Of a stretch of 64,000 nt of DNA, positions 61,501 to 64,000 are shown piece after piece. The notes under the pieces are model-generated. The model saw nothing but the letters and a program-made list of their open reading frames with translations. It was not told the DNA's origin and did not search any database. This DNA comes from Yuukianura sp. NJ FZ-2021 (taxonomy: Eukaryota). A program made the position numbers and the translations under genes. The DNA is taken from assembly GCA_046563655.1 (NCBI GenBank), contig CM102285.1:8680001-8744000 (forward strand), given 5' to 3'. Every line of letters begins with the position of its first letter. Within the stretch, counting starts at the first letter, position 1.

Positions 61501-64000
61501 TTGGAGATGGTGATTGCCGATGATGCTGCTGCTGTTGCTGTTGTTGTTGCTGCTGCTGCTTCTGGTGAGAACTTCGAAGAAGTGAAGATGTAATGGCCGT
61601 GTGATGTTGATGTGCCGGCGGTGGTTGGAATTTGGAGTGCTGTGTCCTAGCTGGTGGTGTTTCACCTTCTGACGAATCTTCCTTTTCTCCTTGTTGTGGT
61701 GTTGGAGCCGAATTGTTGCTGTTATTGTTGGTTCCCCGGAGGGAGCTCAGTCTCTGCATTTGTGGAAGTAGATTTGAGTTATGCAGACCGTGATTTAGGA
61801 GAGCTTGTAACTTTGCTCTTTCGGTTTCCACATCTATTGCAATTCGTCTCCTACGTCCACGCCTTCCTGGTACGTTAGCTGGTGCGGCAGAAGTAGCGGC
61901 CGGTGGAAGCGTCATGATAAGATCTTCGGGTGGTGCAAGATCCGAGCATTCCGAAATAGGTGTTGGAGTATCTCTTGCTGGAGTTGCAGCATCCGGAGTT
62001 CCCTGTGGTGTGTATTCGAACATATCAGCAAGTCCTGCTGATGTAAAGAACCGGGATACTGGCCACTCCCCTTTCTCGACAGCATGTACAACGTGCTCCA
62101 GACGTATTTGAACAGCTCTGTCCCTTGGCCATCGAATTGGATTCATTTGGTTCATCAAATTTCCTAATGCTTCGAGATTATCTCCAGAGAGATTCTCTGG
62201 GTTGAGTAAAAGTTTCATCTGTTGAAGCGTGATCTCATCTTGTGCGAAGTGTACAGGAGGTGGTGGGGCTGGTGGTTCTGGAACTGAAAACTTCGGAGAT
62301 CCTTTTACTTGCACCTCAACCTTCTTCATCTTCTCCGCCGGTAACTTAATTGTAATTTTAAATTCATCCTTGATTTCAACTTGGACTTCGTTTAGTTCTG
62401 AACCACTTGACTTTGTAGACTCTTCATCATCTCGTTTTCCTTTGATAGAGTAATCTGCCGGTGACTTGGCAGAACCCATTGAGTCTTGATCAAGTTTTCG
62501 TCTCTTGGAGCTGGGTTCATGTTCATCAAGTTCCTCCTTGACCCCATTACCTTTCTCCTGCTTGACAATTTTCAAATCTTCAACGTCTGGCTTCAACTCC
62601 TGCGAATTGTTGCCATCTTGCTCTTCCTCTGTTTCCATTTTCTGTTCTACCTCAGTTTGCTGTCTCGCGGTGTCAGTGGATTCCTCCTCAGTTTTATCAA
62701 TCGGTTCCTTCTTGATAACAATTTCTGACTCAGTTTGCTCAACCGAAGCAGCATCAACTGCCTGTGAAGTATTGCGACTCTCTGAATCTTCCTCCATTTT
62801 CTGTTCATCTTTCACGGTAGACGTCTCTTTCTCTTCTTCTTCTGTTTCTTTCCTCTCAGCGTTGGCTTTAGCTTCATTTTCATCAGCTTCCTTTTGTCTC
62901 TTCTGATCTGCTCTTTCTTGTTTGATGTCCTTAATTTCAATATCGACCATATCTCTCTTTCCTCCATCTTTTGACTTCTTTTCTGATTTTTTGTTCTTTT
63001 CGCCTGGATCCACAAGCGGTTCACCGGCAATATGACGACGAAGTATCTCACGAAACGAAAGCTCAGGATCGTTCAGGTAAAAAACATCCGTTCTTCCTAG
63101 TCCATGTCTAAGGTAGACAACACAACGTTATACAATACAATTCCTACAATATCTACCACCATTTTATACAATGTCTTACCTAGCAGCACCATACAGCAGA
63201 TCCTTGTCATGTTTTCCTGGAATCCACCAATCAGGCATATCCAATGATGGTTGACATAACTTCAGCTTCTCATCCAATTGTGGATGGAAGATAATTTCTT
63301 CCCGAATTTTGTTCAGTAAATCAATTCTTTCCAAAGTACGCCGTGCTCTTTCTTCTGTAACTGGTTCTACTGGTACTTGGATCAAATCTGAAACAAAAAG
63401 GAATTGAACATATAACAAAAAATTCATTATTTATCTGTCACTTTTAAATTCATCATTTTCAAAGTGAGCGTGAAGGCACATGACAAATAGGAAAAGACTT
63501 GGACAAGACATGACAGCGATGACAAGAATAACCACTTACCAAACTCTGGAATTCCCAATGTAAGCGATGTGTTTAGTAATTGTGTTTTAAAGCAAAATTT
63601 ACAAAAAGGTTTTAATTAAAAAAGACATATGGAAAGAATGTGACAACGTACCTTCCTCCTCTGTCAATTTCTTTCCGGAAATTCGTTTGCACATGGCGTA
63701 AAAAGCTCGGTAGTATTCCGTTAGAGTCTCATCAAACTTCTTATCCAGCCGAGAAATGGCTCGAAACTTAGACCAATCGTACCGCTTCTCTTTCCTGTGC
63801 AAGAAAACACAGAAATTACATTCAGAGTACTTTACAATTTCCTCAACACAATCGTCGCAAAAACATACCTGCTGTATTGTACTCCATAGGAAGAAACTGT
63901 TCTGAAGAAATCTGCTTCCTCTTTTTTCGACCATCTCTTCTGGTAAACTTCCAATTTCTGCTTTTCTCTCTCACGTACGATTTGATCAATTTTCTCCTTG
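58529..64000 (-). CDS. kis: Chromodomain helicase kismet / CHD7-family, 3' portion (gene continues beyond the window)
   Basis: Exons encode ..[82 protein letters not shown], and a BRK domain ([43 protein letters not shown]). Stop at 58529-58531. Confidence 0.92.
61523..61560 (-). repeat. Coding CAG/CAA repeat (polyglutamine tract in kismet)
   Basis: (tgc/tgt)n on the + strand encodes a run of about 12 Gln (HQKQQQ..QHH). Confidence 0.85.

Overview
Eukaryotic, AT-rich animal genomic DNA with short (mostly 55-110 nt) GT-AG introns. It is an arthropod, judged from chitin synthase 1, Hr38 and kismet; a compact hexapod such as a springtail is a guess. In order: 3' exons of a membrane dipeptidase (+); about 16 kb with no recognisable gene; fucose mutarotase (+); ACSF3 (-); URI1 (+); nuclear receptor Hr38/NR4A (-) with a CRE/MEF2-rich upstream region; an intact 3.6-kb non-LTR retrotransposon (-); chitin synthase 1 (-); importin-beta (-) hosting three intronic SNORD76/U24-family C/D snoRNAs; fructosamine/ketosamine-3-kinase (-); and the 3' part of kismet/CHD7 (-). 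The most unusual object is the retrotransposon. Its single CRE-type RT + restriction-like endonuclease ORF carries an N-terminal RFX-like winged-helix domain instead of zinc fingers. It is flanked by an 11-bp target-site duplication, and its A-tract lies on the strand opposite the ORF, at the element's 5' end. All calls come from reading the sequence by eye; no database searches were run.
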